A stretch of 64,000 nucleotides of DNA from Escherichia coli (GCF_030013205.1 NZ_CP122648.1), one strand, 5' to 3'. Positions 47,253-59,010 are shown, numbered from the stretch's first letter. Notes: generated by a model from the letters alone, not told the origin. A program made the numbers and translations.

Positions 47253-48506
47253 GTGGAAGTAAAAATTGAGCAATTTCGAAATAATAGCTGTAATTTTATT
47301 TTTTTATTGTATTTAATCGGTTTGTTGTTTGTGCCAATTGATCTTAATATCACCACTAAAATAATTAATGCGACAGGTGCATTTTCTCTTTTCTTATTAA
47401 TTGTAAATAAAAAGCATAATTATAATAAAAATGTCATTATATTAATTCTTGGTTTACTTCTTTTGGGTGCAATGAACCTTATATGGTATGAATTTTATAA
47501 AACAGAAGATGTAGTATATAGAAATGCTTATCGAGGCTACCTTGAGTCTGGAAAACTATTAGTATTTAGCTCGTTGACATTTTTATTACTAAGTAAAAAT
47601 AAATTCAGGCAAAATGAAAAACTACATTTTATTTCAGCTATCTTAGTTCAAATAATCATGCTATGTAGAGCATATTATCAAGGGATATATTTGCATGCAG
47701 ACCGCATTCCCCTCTCCGCCATGAATGGGAATATTGGTCAGATGGGGGCAGCGACTATTGCGGCTTATGTGATTACATTTACAACTTTATATTCTTCAAT
47801 TGTATTCATAAAAATGCAATCGAAATATAAATGCTTTCTATTTTATGCTAACTTTGCTTTAAGCTTTGCAGCAGTAATGATGACAGGAACGCGTGCGGCA
47901 ATTTTCACATTCCCACTTATGATTATGGTCATATTATTTCTTCAGCATCGTGATCAAAAAGTGTTTTTATTTAAAGGATTGAGTGGTGTTTTTATATTGC
48001 TACTTGCTTGTGGTTTGATATTTAATAAGGAAATTGATAGGCGAATTAATTCATTAAAAGCTGATGTTATTTCATATGCTACAAAAAATAACAGTCAATC
48101 CTCGGTCGGAGCACGTTTTGCAATGGTTAATGCAGGAATTAAAGGAAGTCCTGATGGTTTTAATTGGCAATCTCTTGAGCAGCGTGCTGAAAAGATAAAA
48201 GCATTAAGTGCAGAAAATAATATTTATAGTGGAGCTTTATTATTCCTTGATGTACATATGCATAACGAAATTGTGGAATCTCTTTCCACGAAAGGAAAAA
48301 TTGGTCTTCTTGTTCTTATTATGTTCTATGTTGCAATGATCTATTACTGTATACGAGAGAAAAAATATATACTCTTGGTTTTCCCTGCTTCTATTATGTT
48401 ATTTGGCATTAGTGATGTCATTACACATGCTAAACCAATACCGGCATCGTGGATTGTGTGCCTCTTCCTGTCTATATCGTTTTTGAGTAAAAATGAACCA
48501 CAATAA
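47253..48506 (+). CDS. waaL: O-antigen ligase WaaL, ~417 aa, not the K-12 allele
   Basis: Polytopic membrane protein with a large periplasmic loop, last gene of the outer-core operon, convergent with waaC; track ORF starts at a GTG so the true start is uncertain. Confidence 0.8.
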   Translation: MEVKIEQFRNNSCNFIFLLYLIGLLFVPIDLNITTKIINATGAFSLFLLIVNKKHNYNKNVIILILGLLLLGAMNLIWYEFYKTEDVVYRNAYRGYLESGKLLVFSSLTFLLLSKNKFRQNEKLHFISAILVQIIMLCRAYYQGIYLHADRIPLSAMNGNIGQMGAATIAAYVITFTTLYSSIVFIKMQSKYKCFLFYANFALSFAAVMMTGTRAAIFTFPLMIMVILFLQHRDQKVFLFKGLSGVFILLLACGLIFNKEIDRRINSLKADVISYATKNNSQSSVGARFAMVNAGIKGSPDGFNWQSLEQRAEKIKALSAENNIYSGALLFLDVHMHNEIVESLSTKGKIGLLVLIMFYVAMIYYCIREKKYILLVFPASIMLFGISDVITHAKPIPASWIVCLFLSISFLSKNEPQ

Positions 48507-48553
48507 TAAAAGCGTTGACTAAGTAAGTGGGTATAATGCCCACTTACTATTTA

Positions 48554-49513
48554 TTAAATTAATGTGATTTTTTTATAAACAGCCGCTGCTTCTAAATTAT
48601 TTAAATTCATTAGCGGAGCCCTACAAACCACCTGATTCTTCCCATATCCGCCAATTAATCCCGGATCGGTTGGTCCATAAACCGTGATATTCGGTCTATC
48701 CAGTGCCGCCGTTAAATGGCTTAACCCCGTATCCACCGACACTACAAATTTAGCCCCGGCCAGTACGCGGGCAACGCCTTCCAGACTCATCTTCGGCAAT
48801 ACTTCAACATAAGCAAATCCTTCCGCCAGTCGTTTCGCCCGTTCTTCCTCATGCGGCGCGCCCCACGGAAGTTTAATCCGTATTCCTGAATCAGCCAGTA
48901 AACCAATCAATTCTCGCCAGTGTTCTTCCGGCCAGTGTTTATCATCACGGGTCGTCGCATGAAGAAATACGGCATATTCGCCAGCATCTGTAGGCAGGTT
49001 CGTCAGGAAATGTTGTGCGATAGCATAATCACCCTGGGTTTGCGGTTTGCTATAGCCCAAACTTTTGGCAAACAGTTCGCGGGTGCGTTCTACGGCGTGC
49101 TGCTGTTTTGCAATATGATGCTTACGATTGTAAAACAGGCTGGCTAACGGTTCTCGAACGGTTTGCCAGTCCATGCCATGCTTTACGCCATGCGCCAGAC
49201 GCGTCACCAGCGCCGCGCTTTTTACCAGCCCCTGAGCGTCGATAACTGCGTCATAGTTCTCTGCTTGTAGCGCTTCACGAAACGCTTTGCGTTCAGCTTT
49301 TATGGGGGCCGAGAACCAGGCTTTACGCCAGCGACGTATTGCCACAGGAATAACTCGCTCAACGGCGGCGTGCCAGGAAGGAATCTGTGCGAACCCTTCT
49401 TCCACCACCCAGTCAAACTTAATCCCTGGGATTGCCTGCTGGGCATCAGTGAGTGCGGGCAGCGTATGGAGAACATCGCCCATCGACGATGTTTTAACGA
49501 TCAAAACCCGCAT
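48554..49513 (-). CDS. waaC: LPS heptosyltransferase I WaaC, 319 aa
   Basis: MRVLIVKTSSMGDVLHTLPALTDAQQAIPGIKFDWVVEEGFAQIPSWH... Confidence 0.93.
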   Translation of the reverse strand: MRVLIVKTSSMGDVLHTLPALTDAQQAIPGIKFDWVVEEGFAQIPSWHAAVERVIPVAIRRWRKAWFSAPIKAERKAFREALQAENYDAVIDAQGLVKSAALVTRLAHGVKHGMDWQTVREPLASLFYNRKHHIAKQQHAVERTRELFAKSLGYSKPQTQGDYAIAQHFLTNLPTDAGEYAVFLHATTRDDKHWPEEHWRELIGLLADSGIRIKLPWGAPHEEERAKRLAEGFAYVEVLPKMSLEGVARVLAGAKFVVSVDTGLSHLTAALDRPNITVYGPTDPGLIGGYGKNQVVCRAPLMNLNNLEAAAVYKKITLI

Positions 49514-49516
49514 CCG

Positions 49517-50563
49517 TCAGGCTTCCTCTTGTAACAATAGCGCGTTGAGTTCTTCCAGTACGCGCTGGGGAGTAATGTCGATCAAGCTCTGGTGATAACC
49601 CTCCGCAGCGTCACCTTTACGCACTTTGTGATAGCCGGTAATCAGACGGATCACGCGCGCTTTATGGGATAGCGGTGGTGTGAAGTCCGGGCTACTCGGA
49701 CCATACAGGGCAACCAGCGGACGATTGAGCGCCGCCGCAACGTGCATCAGACCAGAATCGTTAGTAACAATGGCTTTACAGGCTGCAATCAGGATAACCG
49801 CTTGATCAAGCTGTGTTTCCCCCGCCAGGTTCCGGCACCATGCCTGCTGCTCGGTATTCAAAGCGGCAAGAATCTCATTGCCCGCTTCATGATCTTTCGC
49901 CGAGCCAAACAGAACCACCTGATAACCTTCATCAATCAGCTGCTTTGCCAGCTCCGCATAGTGGTAGTGTGGCCAGCGTTTTGCCGGACCAAACTCCGCA
50001 CCCGGGCAAAAGCCAATCATCGGACGTTCTGATGAAAGCGAAAATTGATTACAGGTATATGATTTTTCACCTTCGCTCACCTGCAACTGCGGCCATAACA
50101 ATGGCTGCGGCAGATCTTGTGCTGTACGCATAATGCCTTTGTCATAGGCCAGCGCGACATAGCGTTCCACCATTAGCGGCCAGGCTTCTTTATCGAGCAC
50201 GCGTACATCGTTAAGTAAACCGTAGCGCATCTCGCCGCGCCAGCCGGTGCGATGAGGAATACCCGCGAAGAAAGGCACTAATGCGGATTTGAAGGAGTTG
50301 GGTAAGACGTAGGCGCGGTCGTAGCGCTTTTCACGCAGACTATGACCCAGTTTGCGGCGTTCGCCGATTTCCAGCGCTCCGTGACCGAGAGGCATAGGAA
50401 TAGCTTCGTTAACTTCCGGCATCCGCGATAATAATGGACGGCACCATGCCGGTGCCATCACGTCGATTATCGCCTGGGGATAGCGCGCCTGGAGCGTGCG
50501 ATAGAGACTTTGCGACATCATCATGTCGCCAACCCAAGACGGGCCGACCACCAGTATTTTCAT
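49517..50563 (-). CDS. waaF: LPS heptosyltransferase II WaaF, 348 aa
   Basis: MKILVVGPSWVGDMMMSQSLYRTLQARYPQAIIDVMAPAWCRPLL... Confidence 0.93.
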   Translation of the reverse strand: MKILVVGPSWVGDMMMSQSLYRTLQARYPQAIIDVMAPAWCRPLLSRMPEVNEAIPMPLGHGALEIGERRKLGHSLREKRYDRAYVLPNSFKSALVPFFAGIPHRTGWRGEMRYGLLNDVRVLDKEAWPLMVERYVALAYDKGIMRTAQDLPQPLLWPQLQVSEGEKSYTCNQFSLSSERPMIGFCPGAEFGPAKRWPHYHYAELAKQLIDEGYQVVLFGSAKDHEAGNEILAALNTEQQAWCRNLAGETQLDQAVILIAACKAIVTNDSGLMHVAAALNRPLVALYGPSSPDFTPPLSHKARVIRLITGYHKVRKGDAAEGYHQSLIDITPQRVLEELNALLLQEEA

Positions 50564-50572
50564 GCAGAGCTC

Positions 50573-51505
50573 TTATGCGTCGCGATTCAGCCAGGTCATG
50601 TATTCCGTTACGCCTTCGGCAACGGTTTTGAACGGTTTGTCGTAACCCGCCGCGCGCAGATTTGTCAGATCTGCCTGAGTGAACGCCTGATAGCGGCCTT
50701 TCAGTTTATCCGGGAACGGAATGTATTCGATTTGGCCTTTCTTGTGATAAGCAAGCGTAGCATCTGCTACAGCCTGGAAGGATTCCGCACGACCAGTACC
50801 GAGGTTGAAGATGCCGGAAACGCCATTTTCCAGGAACCACAGGTTTACATCTGCCACGTCGCCTACGTAAACGAAGTCGCGTTTGAAGTTCTCGCTACCT
50901 TCGAACAGCTTCGGCGATTCACCGTTATTAAGCTGGGTGTTGAGATGGAAAGCGACGCTCGCCATACTGCCTTTATGGCCTTCACGCGGTCCATAAACGT
51001 TGAAATAGCGGAAGCCAACAATCTGCGAGTTCGCTTCTGGCAGGATTTGACGAACATATTCATCAAACAGGAATTTTGAGTAACCGTAGACATTCAACGG
51101 TTTTTCGTACTCGCGGGATTCAATAAAGTCGGAGGTGCGTCCGCCGTAGGTGGCTGCGGAAGAGGCATACAGGAACGGGATTTCGCGCTCCAGACAGTAG
51201 TGCAGCAGCTCTTTGGAGTATTGATAGTTGTTATCCATCATATACTTGCCATCCCACTCGGTGGTGGAAGAGCATGCGCCTTCGTGGAAAATCGCTTCGA
51301 CATCACCGAACTCTTCGCCAGCCATAATCTGGATCAGGAAGTCTTCCTTATCCATATAGTCCGCGATATCCAGATCCACCAGGTTCACAAACTTGGTGCC
51401 GTCTTTCAGGTTATCCACCACCAGAATATCGGTGATGCCTTTGTCATTCAGGGCCTTAACGATGTTGCTGCCGATAAAGCCCGCGCCGCCGGTAACGATG
51501 ATCAT
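50573..51505 (-). CDS. hldD: ADP-L-glycero-D-manno-heptose 6-epimerase, 310 aa
   Basis: [50 protein letters not shown]... Confidence 0.95.
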   Translation of the reverse strand: MIIVTGGAGFIGSNIVKALNDKGITDILVVDNLKDGTKFVNLVDLDIADYMDKEDFLIQIMAGEEFGDVEAIFHEGACSSTTEWDGKYMMDNNYQYSKELLHYCLEREIPFLYASSAATYGGRTSDFIESREYEKPLNVYGYSKFLFDEYVRQILPEANSQIVGFRYFNVYGPREGHKGSMASVAFHLNTQLNNGESPKLFEGSENFKRDFVYVGDVADVNLWFLENGVSGIFNLGTGRAESFQAVADATLAYHKKGQIEYIPFPDKLKGRYQAFTQADLTNLRAAGYDKPFKTVAEGVTEYMTWLNRDA

Positions 51506-51718
51506 AACTGTAACCTTCGAATTATGGAGTCAGAGACAATCTCAGACACGAATGCTTCTATCATATCACTACACGGCGTTGGCTTCAGCCATTCGCCAAA
51601 AGTGAGATTGATGGACGTTATTTATCCTGAATTTTGCAGAAGTGTTAACGCGTCATCTCGTCGCGACCTATAAGTTTGGGTAATATGTGCTGGAATTTGC
51701 CCTGTCTGGAGAATCGCA

Positions 51719-52915
51719 ATGCGTGGAGAATTTTATCAGCAGTTAACCAACGATCTGGAAACCGCACGGGCGGAAGGGTTGTTTAAAGAAGAGCGCATTA
51801 TTACGTCTGCGCAGCAAGCAGATATCACTGTGGCTGATGGAAGCCACGTCATTAACTTTTGTGCCAATAACTATCTCGGACTGGCGAATCATCCGGATCT
51901 GATTGCGGCGGCAAAGGCGGGAATGGATTCTCACGGTTTCGGCATGGCTTCGGTGCGTTTTATTTGCGGCACTCAGGACAGCCATAAAGAGCTTGAACAA
52001 AAACTGGCGGCCTTCCTGGGGATGGAAGATGCGATTCTCTACTCTTCCTGCTTTGATGCTAACGGTGGCCTGTTCGAAACGCTGTTAGGCGCGGAAGACG
52101 CCATTATCTCCGACGCACTGAACCACGCGTCTATTATTGATGGTGTGCGTCTGTGCAAAGCTAAACGCTATCGTTATGCCAACAACGATATGCAGGAGCT
52201 GGAAGCACGTCTGAAAGAAGCGCGTGAAGCCGGTGCGCGTCATGTGCTGATTGCCACCGATGGTGTGTTCTCGATGGACGGCGTGATTGCCAACCTGAAA
52301 GGTGTTTGCGATCTCGCAGATAAATATGATGCCCTGGTGATGGTAGATGACTCACACGCGGTAGGTTTTGTCGGTGAAAACGGTCGTGGTTCCCATGAAT
52401 ACTGCGATGTGATGGGCCGGGTCGATATTATCACCGGCACGCTCGGTAAAGCGCTGGGCGGGGCTTCTGGTGGTTATACCGCGGCGCGCAAAGAAGTGGT
52501 TGAGTGGCTGCGCCAGCGTTCTCGTCCGTACCTGTTCTCCAACTCGCTGGCACCGGCCATTGTTGCCGCTTCCATCAAAGTGCTGGAGATGGTTGAAGCG
52601 GGTAGCGAGCTGCGTGACCGTCTGTGGGCGAACGCGCGTCAGTTCCGTGAGCAAATGTCGGCGGCGGGCTTTACCCTGGCGGGAGCCGATCACGCCATTA
52701 TTCCGGTCATGCTTGGCGATGCGGTAGTAGCGCAGAAATTTGCTCGTGAGCTGCAAAAAGAGGGGATTTACGTCACCGGTTTCTTCTATCCGGTCGTTCC
52801 GAAAGGTCAGGCGCGTATTCGTACCCAGATGTCTGCGGCGCATACCCCTGAGCAAATTACGCGTGCAGTAGAAGCATTCACGCGTATTGGTAAACAACTG
52901 GGCGTTATCGCCTGA
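51719..52915 (+). CDS. kbl: 2-amino-3-ketobutyrate CoA ligase (glycine C-acetyltransferase), 398 aa
   Basis: [59 protein letters not shown]... Confidence 0.95.
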   Translation: MRGEFYQQLTNDLETARAEGLFKEERIITSAQQADITVADGSHVINFCANNYLGLANHPDLIAAAKAGMDSHGFGMASVRFICGTQDSHKELEQKLAAFLGMEDAILYSSCFDANGGLFETLLGAEDAIISDALNHASIIDGVRLCKAKRYRYANNDMQELEARLKEAREAGARHVLIATDGVFSMDGVIANLKGVCDLADKYDALVMVDDSHAVGFVGENGRGSHEYCDVMGRVDIITGTLGKALGGASGGYTAARKEVVEWLRQRSRPYLFSNSLAPAIVAASIKVLEMVEAGSELRDRLWANARQFREQMSAAGFTLAGADHAIIPVMLGDAVVAQKFARELQKEGIYVTGFFYPVVPKGQARIRTQMSAAHTPEQITRAVEAFTRIGKQLGVIA

Positions 52916-52924
52916 GGATGTGAG

Positions 52925-53950
52925 ATGAAAGCGTTATCCAAACTGAAAGCGGAAGAGGGCATCTGGATGACCGACGTTCCTGTACCGGAACTCGGGCATA
53001 ACGATCTGCTGATTAAAATCCGTAAAACAGCCATCTGCGGGACTGACGTTCACATCTATAACTGGGATGAGTGGTCGCAAAAAACTATCCCGGTGCCGAT
53101 GGTCGTGGGCCATGAATATGTCGGTGAAGTGGTAGGTATTGGTCAGGAAGTGAAAGGCTTCAAGATTGGCGATCGCGTTTCTGGCGAAGGCCATATCACC
53201 TGCGGTCACTGTCGCAACTGTCGTGGCGGTCGTACCCATCTGTGCCGCAACACGATCGGCGTCGGTGTTAACCGTCCGGGCTGCTTCGCCGAGTATCTGG
53301 TGATTCCGGCGTTCAACGCCTTCAAAATCCCTGACAATATCTCCGATGATCTGGCTTCCATTTTTGATCCCTTCGGTAACGCCGTGCATACCGCGCTGTC
53401 GTTTGATCTGGTGGGCGAGGATGTGCTGGTCTCTGGTGCAGGCCCGATTGGTATTATGGCGGCGGCGGTGGCGAAACACGTTGGTGCACGTAACGTGGTG
53501 ATTACTGATGTTAACGAATACCGCCTTGAGTTGGCGCGTAAAATGGGTATCACCCGTGCGGTTAACGTCGCTAAAGAGAACCTCAATGATGTGATGGCAG
53601 AACTGGGCATGACCGAAGGCTTTGATGTCGGTCTGGAAATGTCCGGTGCGCCACCAGCGTTTCGTACCATGCTCGACACCATGAACCACGGCGGTCGTAT
53701 TGCGATGCTGGGTATTCCACCGTCTGATATGTCTATCGACTGGACCAAAGTGATCTTTAAAGGCTTGTTCATTAAAGGTATTTACGGTCGTGAGATGTTT
53801 GAAACCTGGTACAAGATGGCGGCGCTGATTCAGTCTGGCCTCGATCTTTCGCCGATCATTACCCATCGTTTCTCTATCGATGATTTCCAGAAGGGCTTTG
53901 ACGCCATGCGTTCGGGCCAGTCCGGGAAAGTTATCCTGAGCTGGGATTAA
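52925..53950 (+). CDS. tdh: L-threonine 3-dehydrogenase, 341 aa
   Basis: [50 protein letters not shown]... Confidence 0.95.
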
Positions 53951-53958
53951 CACAAACA

Positions 53959-53982
53959 AGGGCTGGTATTCCAGCCCTTTTT
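53959..53982 (+). terminator. Intrinsic terminator of the kbl-tdh operon
   Basis: AGGGCTGG-TATT-CCAGCCCT followed by TTTTT, 8 bp after the tdh stop. Confidence 0.8.
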
Positions 53983-54188
53983 CCTGAGGATAATCTGTTA
54001 AATATGTAAAATGCTGTCAGTAAAATAAAGAATGGGTAATTGCGCTGATCTCTTATATAGCTGTTCTCATTATCTCTCTACCCTGAAGTGACTCTCTCAC
54101 CTGTAAAAATAATATCTCACAGGCTTAATAGTTTCTTAATACAAAGCCTGTAAAACGTCAGGATAACTTCAGAGGTAGTCGGTAATTT

Positions 54189-55223
54189 ATGATGAACAGC
54201 ACCAATAAACTTAGTGTTATTATTCCGTTATATAATGCGGGTGATGATTTCCGCACTTGTATGGAATCTTTAATTACGCAAACCTGGACTGCTCTGGAAA
54301 TCATTATTATTAACGATGGTTCAACGGATAATTCTGTTGAAATAGCAAAGCATTACGCAGAAAACTATCCGCACGTTCGTTTGTTGCATCAGGCGAATGC
54401 TGGCGCATCGGTAGCGCGTAATCGTGGGATCGAGGTGGCGACGGGCAAATATGTCGCTTTTGTCGATGCTGACGATGAGGTCTATCCCACCATGTACGAA
54501 ACGCTGATGACCATGGCGTTAGAGGACGACCTCGACGTGGCGCAGTGCAACGCTGACTGGTGTTTTCGTGAAACGGGAGAAACCTGGCAATCCATCCCCA
54601 CCGATCGCCTTCGCTCAACCGGCGTATTAACCGGCCCGGATTGGTTGCGGATGGGGCTTTCTTCCCGCCGTTGGACTCACGTTGTCTGGATGGGGGTTTA
54701 TCGCCGCGATGTTATTGTTAAAAATAACATTAAATTTATTGCCGGATTACATCATCAGGATATTGTCTGGACAACAGAATTTATGTTTAATGCGCTGCGT
54801 GCGCGATATACCGAGCAATCGTTATATAAATATTATCTGCATAATACGTCAGTGAGTCGGTTGAATAGACAAGGGAATAAAAACCTTAATTATCAACGTC
54901 ACTATATTAAGATTACCCGACTGTTGGAAAAGTTAAATCGCGATTACGCAGACAGAATAGTGATTTACCCGGAATTTCATCAACAAATAACTTACGAAGC
55001 ATTGCGTGTTTGCCATGCGGTGCGCAAAGAGCCGGATATTCTTACCCGCCAACGGATGATTGCCGAGATATTTACTTCCGGTATGTATAAGCGCCTGATT
55101 ACTAATGTGCGCAGCGTGAAGGTGGGTTACCAGGCGTTACTGTGGTCTTTCCGCTTATGGCAATGGCGCGACAAAACGCGGTCGCACCATCGCATTACGC
55201 GTAGCGCCTTTAATTTGCGCTAG
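54189..55223 (+). CDS. waaH: GT2-family glycosyltransferase WaaH (YibD), 344 aa
   Basis: MMNSTNKLSVIIPLYNAGDDFRTCMESLITQTWTALEIIIINDGSTDNS... DxD motif VDADD. Confidence 0.88.
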   Translation: MMNSTNKLSVIIPLYNAGDDFRTCMESLITQTWTALEIIIINDGSTDNSVEIAKHYAENYPHVRLLHQANAGASVARNRGIEVATGKYVAFVDADDEVYPTMYETLMTMALEDDLDVAQCNADWCFRETGETWQSIPTDRLRSTGVLTGPDWLRMGLSSRRWTHVVWMGVYRRDVIVKNNIKFIAGLHHQDIVWTTEFMFNALRARYTEQSLYKYYLHNTSVSRLNRQGNKNLNYQRHYIKITRLLEKLNRDYADRIVIYPEFHQQITYEALRVCHAVRKEPDILTRQRMIAEIFTSGMYKRLITNVRSVKVGYQALLWSFRLWQWRDKTRSHHRITRSAFNLR

Positions 55224-56169
55224 CGTTAAGTTTTGCCGCTTCGGGCTGTTTGCCCCAGCCTTGCCACTGATGTTGGAAGTAAACGATCAGCGTGCTCTGG
55301 CTGATGCTTTCGCTTAATACTTCAAAGAAGCGATTAGCATAAACAGGTTCTATCGGTTTCTTCGGTTTGCACAGCTTCACGCCACGGAACGGATTACGCG
55401 GTGTGTCAGGCACAGTGTTTTTCGGCGGTGTAGACGTATCAACCTGCGGTTCATTCAGCAAGCTGCTGGCTTTCACCAGCGTAATGTCTGGCGGCAGGTT
55501 ATAAACCATCTGTTGTAGCACGCGTACCGTTGAAGGGTGAGGATGCCCAATGGCAATGGTTGAACCGTTGCGACGCGCCAGATCAATTGCGCGATTGAAC
55601 TGCACACGGATGTCCGCTTCATTTTGCGAATCGTCGAGGAACACTTTCCGTTTGATCACCTTCACGCCAGTGCCTTGCGCTGCGCGCATCGCCTGGGTAT
55701 TACCGATGGTTACGCTGTCGAGGAAGTAAAGATTGTAACGCTCCAGCGCCTGCATCACTTTCTGCATACCAAACAGGTTAGAGGTCATCTTGCTGCCCAT
55801 GTGGTTGTTGATCCCCACGGCATAGGGCACGTTATTGACCGCACTACGAATAATGCGCTCAATTTCGTCGCTGCTCATCTCCGGGCGTAGCGTATTTTTC
55901 TCCAGCGGCTGTTTACTCAGTGGTGCCATCGGTAGATGAATCAACACTTCGTGACCGCTGTTATGCGCTTTGGTCGCCATCTCTCTGGCGTGTGGTGAAT
56001 CGGGTAATACAGCGACGGAGATAGCGGAAGGCATCGCCAGCACCTGGTTTTCGTTGTGCGGGCGATACCCAAAATCATCAATGACGATGGCAAGTTTGCC
56101 AGCAATTACGGGGGAGGAGAGCGCCAACAGAGCGGCAAATGCAAGAACGTTACGACGAAATGGAAACAA
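55210..56169 (-). CDS. yibQ: Divergent polysaccharide deacetylase family protein YibQ, 319 aa
   Basis: MFPFRRNVLAFAALLALSSPVIAGKLAIVIDDFGYRPHNENQVLAMP... Confidence 0.88.
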   Translation of the reverse strand: MFPFRRNVLAFAALLALSSPVIAGKLAIVIDDFGYRPHNENQVLAMPSAISVAVLPDSPHAREMATKAHNSGHEVLIHLPMAPLSKQPLEKNTLRPEMSSDEIERIIRSAVNNVPYAVGINNHMGSKMTSNLFGMQKVMQALERYNLYFLDSVTIGNTQAMRAAQGTGVKVIKRKVFLDDSQNEADIRVQFNRAIDLARRNGSTIAIGHPHPSTVRVLQQMVYNLPPDITLVKASSLLNEPQVDTSTPPKNTVPDTPRNPFRGVKLCKPKKPIEPVYANRFFEVLSESISQSTLIVYFQHQWQGWGKQPEAAKLNASAN

Positions 56170-56172
56170 AAC

Positions 56173-57432
56173 TTATCTTCCCAACCACGGCTGTGGATTG
56201 ACCGCCTGACCCTGGCGGCGAATTTCGAAATAGAGTGAAGGCCGACCCTGACCGCCACTGCTGCCCACCAGTGCAATCGGCTGGCCCGCGCGAACCTGCG
56301 AACCAACGCTCACCAGTGCGCTCTGATTATAGCCGTAAAGACTCATGTCGCCTTTACCATGCTCAACCACCACCACCAGACCGTAGCCTTGCAGCCAGTC
56401 AGCCAGAATCACCCGACCGTCGGCAATTGCTTTAACTTCAGTACCTTCAGAGGCACCGATAACCATTCCTTTCCAGCGTAATTCGCCCTGTAGCTGCTCG
56501 CCATAGCGATGCAGCGTCGGCCCGCGAACTGGCCAGAATGCCTGACCACGCGGCGCACCCAGGCCACCAGTTCGGGACATCAGCGATTTTTCGCTTTCGG
56601 TCGGTTTGTAGGTGGTGCCTTTGCGCGTCGCTTCTTTCTGGCGGTCGCGAACCGCCTGGGCCTCACGCGCTTCTCGTTCAGCACGCGCTTTCGCCGCGGC
56701 TTCCGCACGGGCAATGCTGTTACGCAGACGGGATTCGTTGGCGCGCAGCTCGCTCAACTGTTGCTGACCTTGCTGGATGGAAGACTCCAGCCCTGCCAGC
56801 GTCTTTTTACGCTCGTTCAGCGCCTGGGTCAGCTTCGCCTGTTGGGCGCGCTGCTCATACAACAGCGTTTGTTGCTCGCTCTGTTTCTCTTCCAGCTCGG
56901 CGCGTTGCATAGCGACTTCTTCACGCGTTTGTTTCAACTGAGCAATGGTTTCTTGTCGCGCCTGGTTGAGATAGCCGAAATAAGCCTGTAAACGCTGTCC
57001 ACGCTGGCTTTCTTCACCGCTGAGAATCAGCTGAATACCGGTATGCTCGCCCTGACGGAATGCGGCATCCAGTTGTGCGGCGAGGCTGCGCTCCTGGGCG
57101 GCTTTTTGCTGCTCCAGTTTGGCAATCGACGCGTTCATCTCATCAATCTGTTTATTCAGTTGATTGAGCGTGTTTTGCGTTTCGCGCAGTTTGCGAGTGG
57201 CTTCCGAGATCGCTTCTTCCTGCTTTTTCAATTGTGCGAGCAGGCTTGCGCGTTGTTGTTGCTTTTGGCGTACCGCGCGCTCTTTCGCGGCGATATCGGC
57301 CTGAATAGATTTGAGTTGGTCACGCTCATCCGCGTGGGCGGAAAAGGCGCACAACAATACGCCAGCGCTAAGAACGCTGGCGTAGATGATGGGCCTGATT
57401 GCAAACCTGCGCGGTTTCACGGCCCGTGTCAT
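56173..57432 (-). CDS. envC: Murein hydrolase activator EnvC, 419 aa
   Basis: MTRAVKPRRFAIRPIIYASVLSAGVLLCAFSAHADERDQLKSIQ... coiled-coil plus C-terminal LytM domain; start at the internal Met. Confidence 0.92.
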   Translation of the reverse strand: MTRAVKPRRFAIRPIIYASVLSAGVLLCAFSAHADERDQLKSIQADIAAKERAVRQKQQQRASLLAQLKKQEEAISEATRKLRETQNTLNQLNKQIDEMNASIAKLEQQKAAQERSLAAQLDAAFRQGEHTGIQLILSGEESQRGQRLQAYFGYLNQARQETIAQLKQTREEVAMQRAELEEKQSEQQTLLYEQRAQQAKLTQALNERKKTLAGLESSIQQGQQQLSELRANESRLRNSIARAEAAAKARAEREAREAQAVRDRQKEATRKGTTYKPTESEKSLMSRTGGLGAPRGQAFWPVRGPTLHRYGEQLQGELRWKGMVIGASEGTEVKAIADGRVILADWLQGYGLVVVVEHGKGDMSLYGYNQSALVSVGSQVRAGQPIALVGSSGGQGRPSLYFEIRRQGQAVNPQPWLGR

Positions 57433-57465
57433 GGTATTAATCGCCTTTCCCCTCATGGGGAGGGA

Positions 57466-59010
57466 TTATTCCACGATGAACAGCGGCTTACCAGTCATCT
57501 CTTGCGGGATTTCCATACCCATCAGCGACAACATGGTCGGCGCGATGTCAGAAAGTTTGCCGCCTTCAACCGCTTTCACGTTCTTATCACCAACGTAAAT
57601 CAGCGGAACTGGCAGGTTGGTGTGTGCCGTGTGTGCCTGACCCGTTGCCGGATCGCGCATCTGTTCAGCGTTACCGTGGTCAGCGGTGATCAGCAGTTGT
57701 CCACCCACGGACTCAACCGCTTTCGCGACTTCTTCCACGCAGTGATCCAGCGCTTCAACCGCTTTAACCGCCGCTTCCATCACCCCGGTGTGACCTACCA
57801 TGTCGCCGTTCGGATAGTTACAGATAATGGTGTCGTATTTGCCGCTCTTGATTGCCGCAACCAGTTTTTCGGTCAGCTCTGCGGAGCTCATTTCCGGTTG
57901 CAGATCGTAGGTAGCCACTTTCGGTGAGTTGATCAGAATGCGATCTTCGCCTTTGAACGACTCTTCTACGCCACCGTTGAAGAAGAAAGTAACGTGGGCA
58001 TATTTTTCGGTTTCGGAAATACGCAACTGAGTTTTGTCGTTTTTCGCCATCCACTCGCCGAAGGTGTTAACCAGGGACGCTGGTGGGTAAGCAACCGCAG
58101 TTTTGATGTCAGCGGCGTATTCGGTCAGCATCACGAAATCGACGTTAACCACTTTCTTGCGCGCGAAGCCATCGAAATCAGCGTTCACGAATGCACGAGT
58201 GATTTCACGCGCGCGGTCAGCACGGAAGTTCATGAAAATCAGCGCATCGCCGTCTTCCATTGCCGCGTCTGGCTGACCTTCTGCACGAATAACGGTCGCT
58301 TTCACGAATTCGTCGTTTTCGTCGCGAGCATAAGCAGCCTGCAAACCAGCAACGGCGGTATCGGCCTGGAACTCACCCTGCGCCAGAGTCAGCAGGTCAT
58401 AAGCTTTTTCAACGCGATCCCAGCGGTTATCGCGGTCCATGGCGTAGTAACGACCAATGATGGACGCTACGCGGCCTTTACCCAGCGCGGCAAATTTCTC
58501 TTCGAATTTTTTCAGCGAGGATTCAGCACTGCGCGGCGGAGTGTCGCGACCGTCAAGGAATGCGTGCAGGTAGATTTTTTCTGCGCCGCGTTCAGCGGCC
58601 AGTTCTACCATCGCCATGATGTGATCTTCGTGGCTGTGTACGCCGCCTGCGGAGAGCAGACCCATAATGTGAACTGCTTTGCCTGCGTTTTTCGCTTTAT
58701 CTACCGCGCCAGTCAGTACCGGGTTAGCGAAGAAAGCGCGATCTTTGATTTCAACGTCCAGACGAGTCAGGTCCTGATACACGATGCGGCCGGCACCCAG
58801 GTTAACGTGACCTACTTCGGAGTTACCCATCTGACGGTCAGGCAGACCGACTTCCAGACCGGAAGCGTCGATCAGGGTATGCGGACGATTGGCCCACAGT
58901 GCATCCATTACCGGGGTTTTAGCACTAAAAATGGCGTTATCCTGCTGTTCTTCACGATAGCCATAGCCATCCAGAATCACCAGTACCATAGGTTTTTTAG
59001 AAACCGACAT
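57466..59010 (-). CDS. gpmI: 2,3-bisphosphoglycerate-independent phosphoglycerate mutase, 514 aa
   Basis: [44 protein letters not shown]...; the 562-aa track ORF has a spurious 48-codon upstream extension. Confidence 0.94.
   Translation of the reverse strand: MSVSKKPMVLVILDGYGYREEQQDNAIFSAKTPVMDALWANRPHTLIDASGLEVGLPDRQMGNSEVGHVNLGAGRIVYQDLTRLDVEIKDRAFFANPVLTGAVDKAKNAGKAVHIMGLLSAGGVHSHEDHIMAMVELAAERGAEKIYLHAFLDGRDTPPRSAESSLKKFEEKFAALGKGRVASIIGRYYAMDRDNRWDRVEKAYDLLTLAQGEFQADTAVAGLQAAYARDENDEFVKATVIRAEGQPDAAMEDGDALIFMNFRADRAREITRAFVNADFDGFARKKVVNVDFVMLTEYAADIKTAVAYPPASLVNTFGEWMAKNDKTQLRISETEKYAHVTFFFNGGVEESFKGEDRILINSPKVATYDLQPEMSSAELTEKLVAAIKSGKYDTIICNYPNGDMVGHTGVMEAAVKAVEALDHCVEEVAKAVESVGGQLLITADHGNAEQMRDPATGQAHTAHTNLPVPLIYVGDKNVKAVEGGKLSDIAPTMLSLMGMEIPQEMTGKPLFIVE

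Noticed and set aside
52934-53959. 341-aa ORF exactly antisense to tdh, same length as tdh
   Set aside because: Mirror ORF of a highly conserved gene; almost certainly a stop-codon-poor antisense frame, not a gene.
53983-54188. PhoB box upstream of waaH (yibD)
   Set aside because: waaH is reported to be phosphate-starvation regulated, but I could not find a convincing tandem CTGTCAT-type pho box by eye (only weak CTGTAAA-like matches), so no feature is called.
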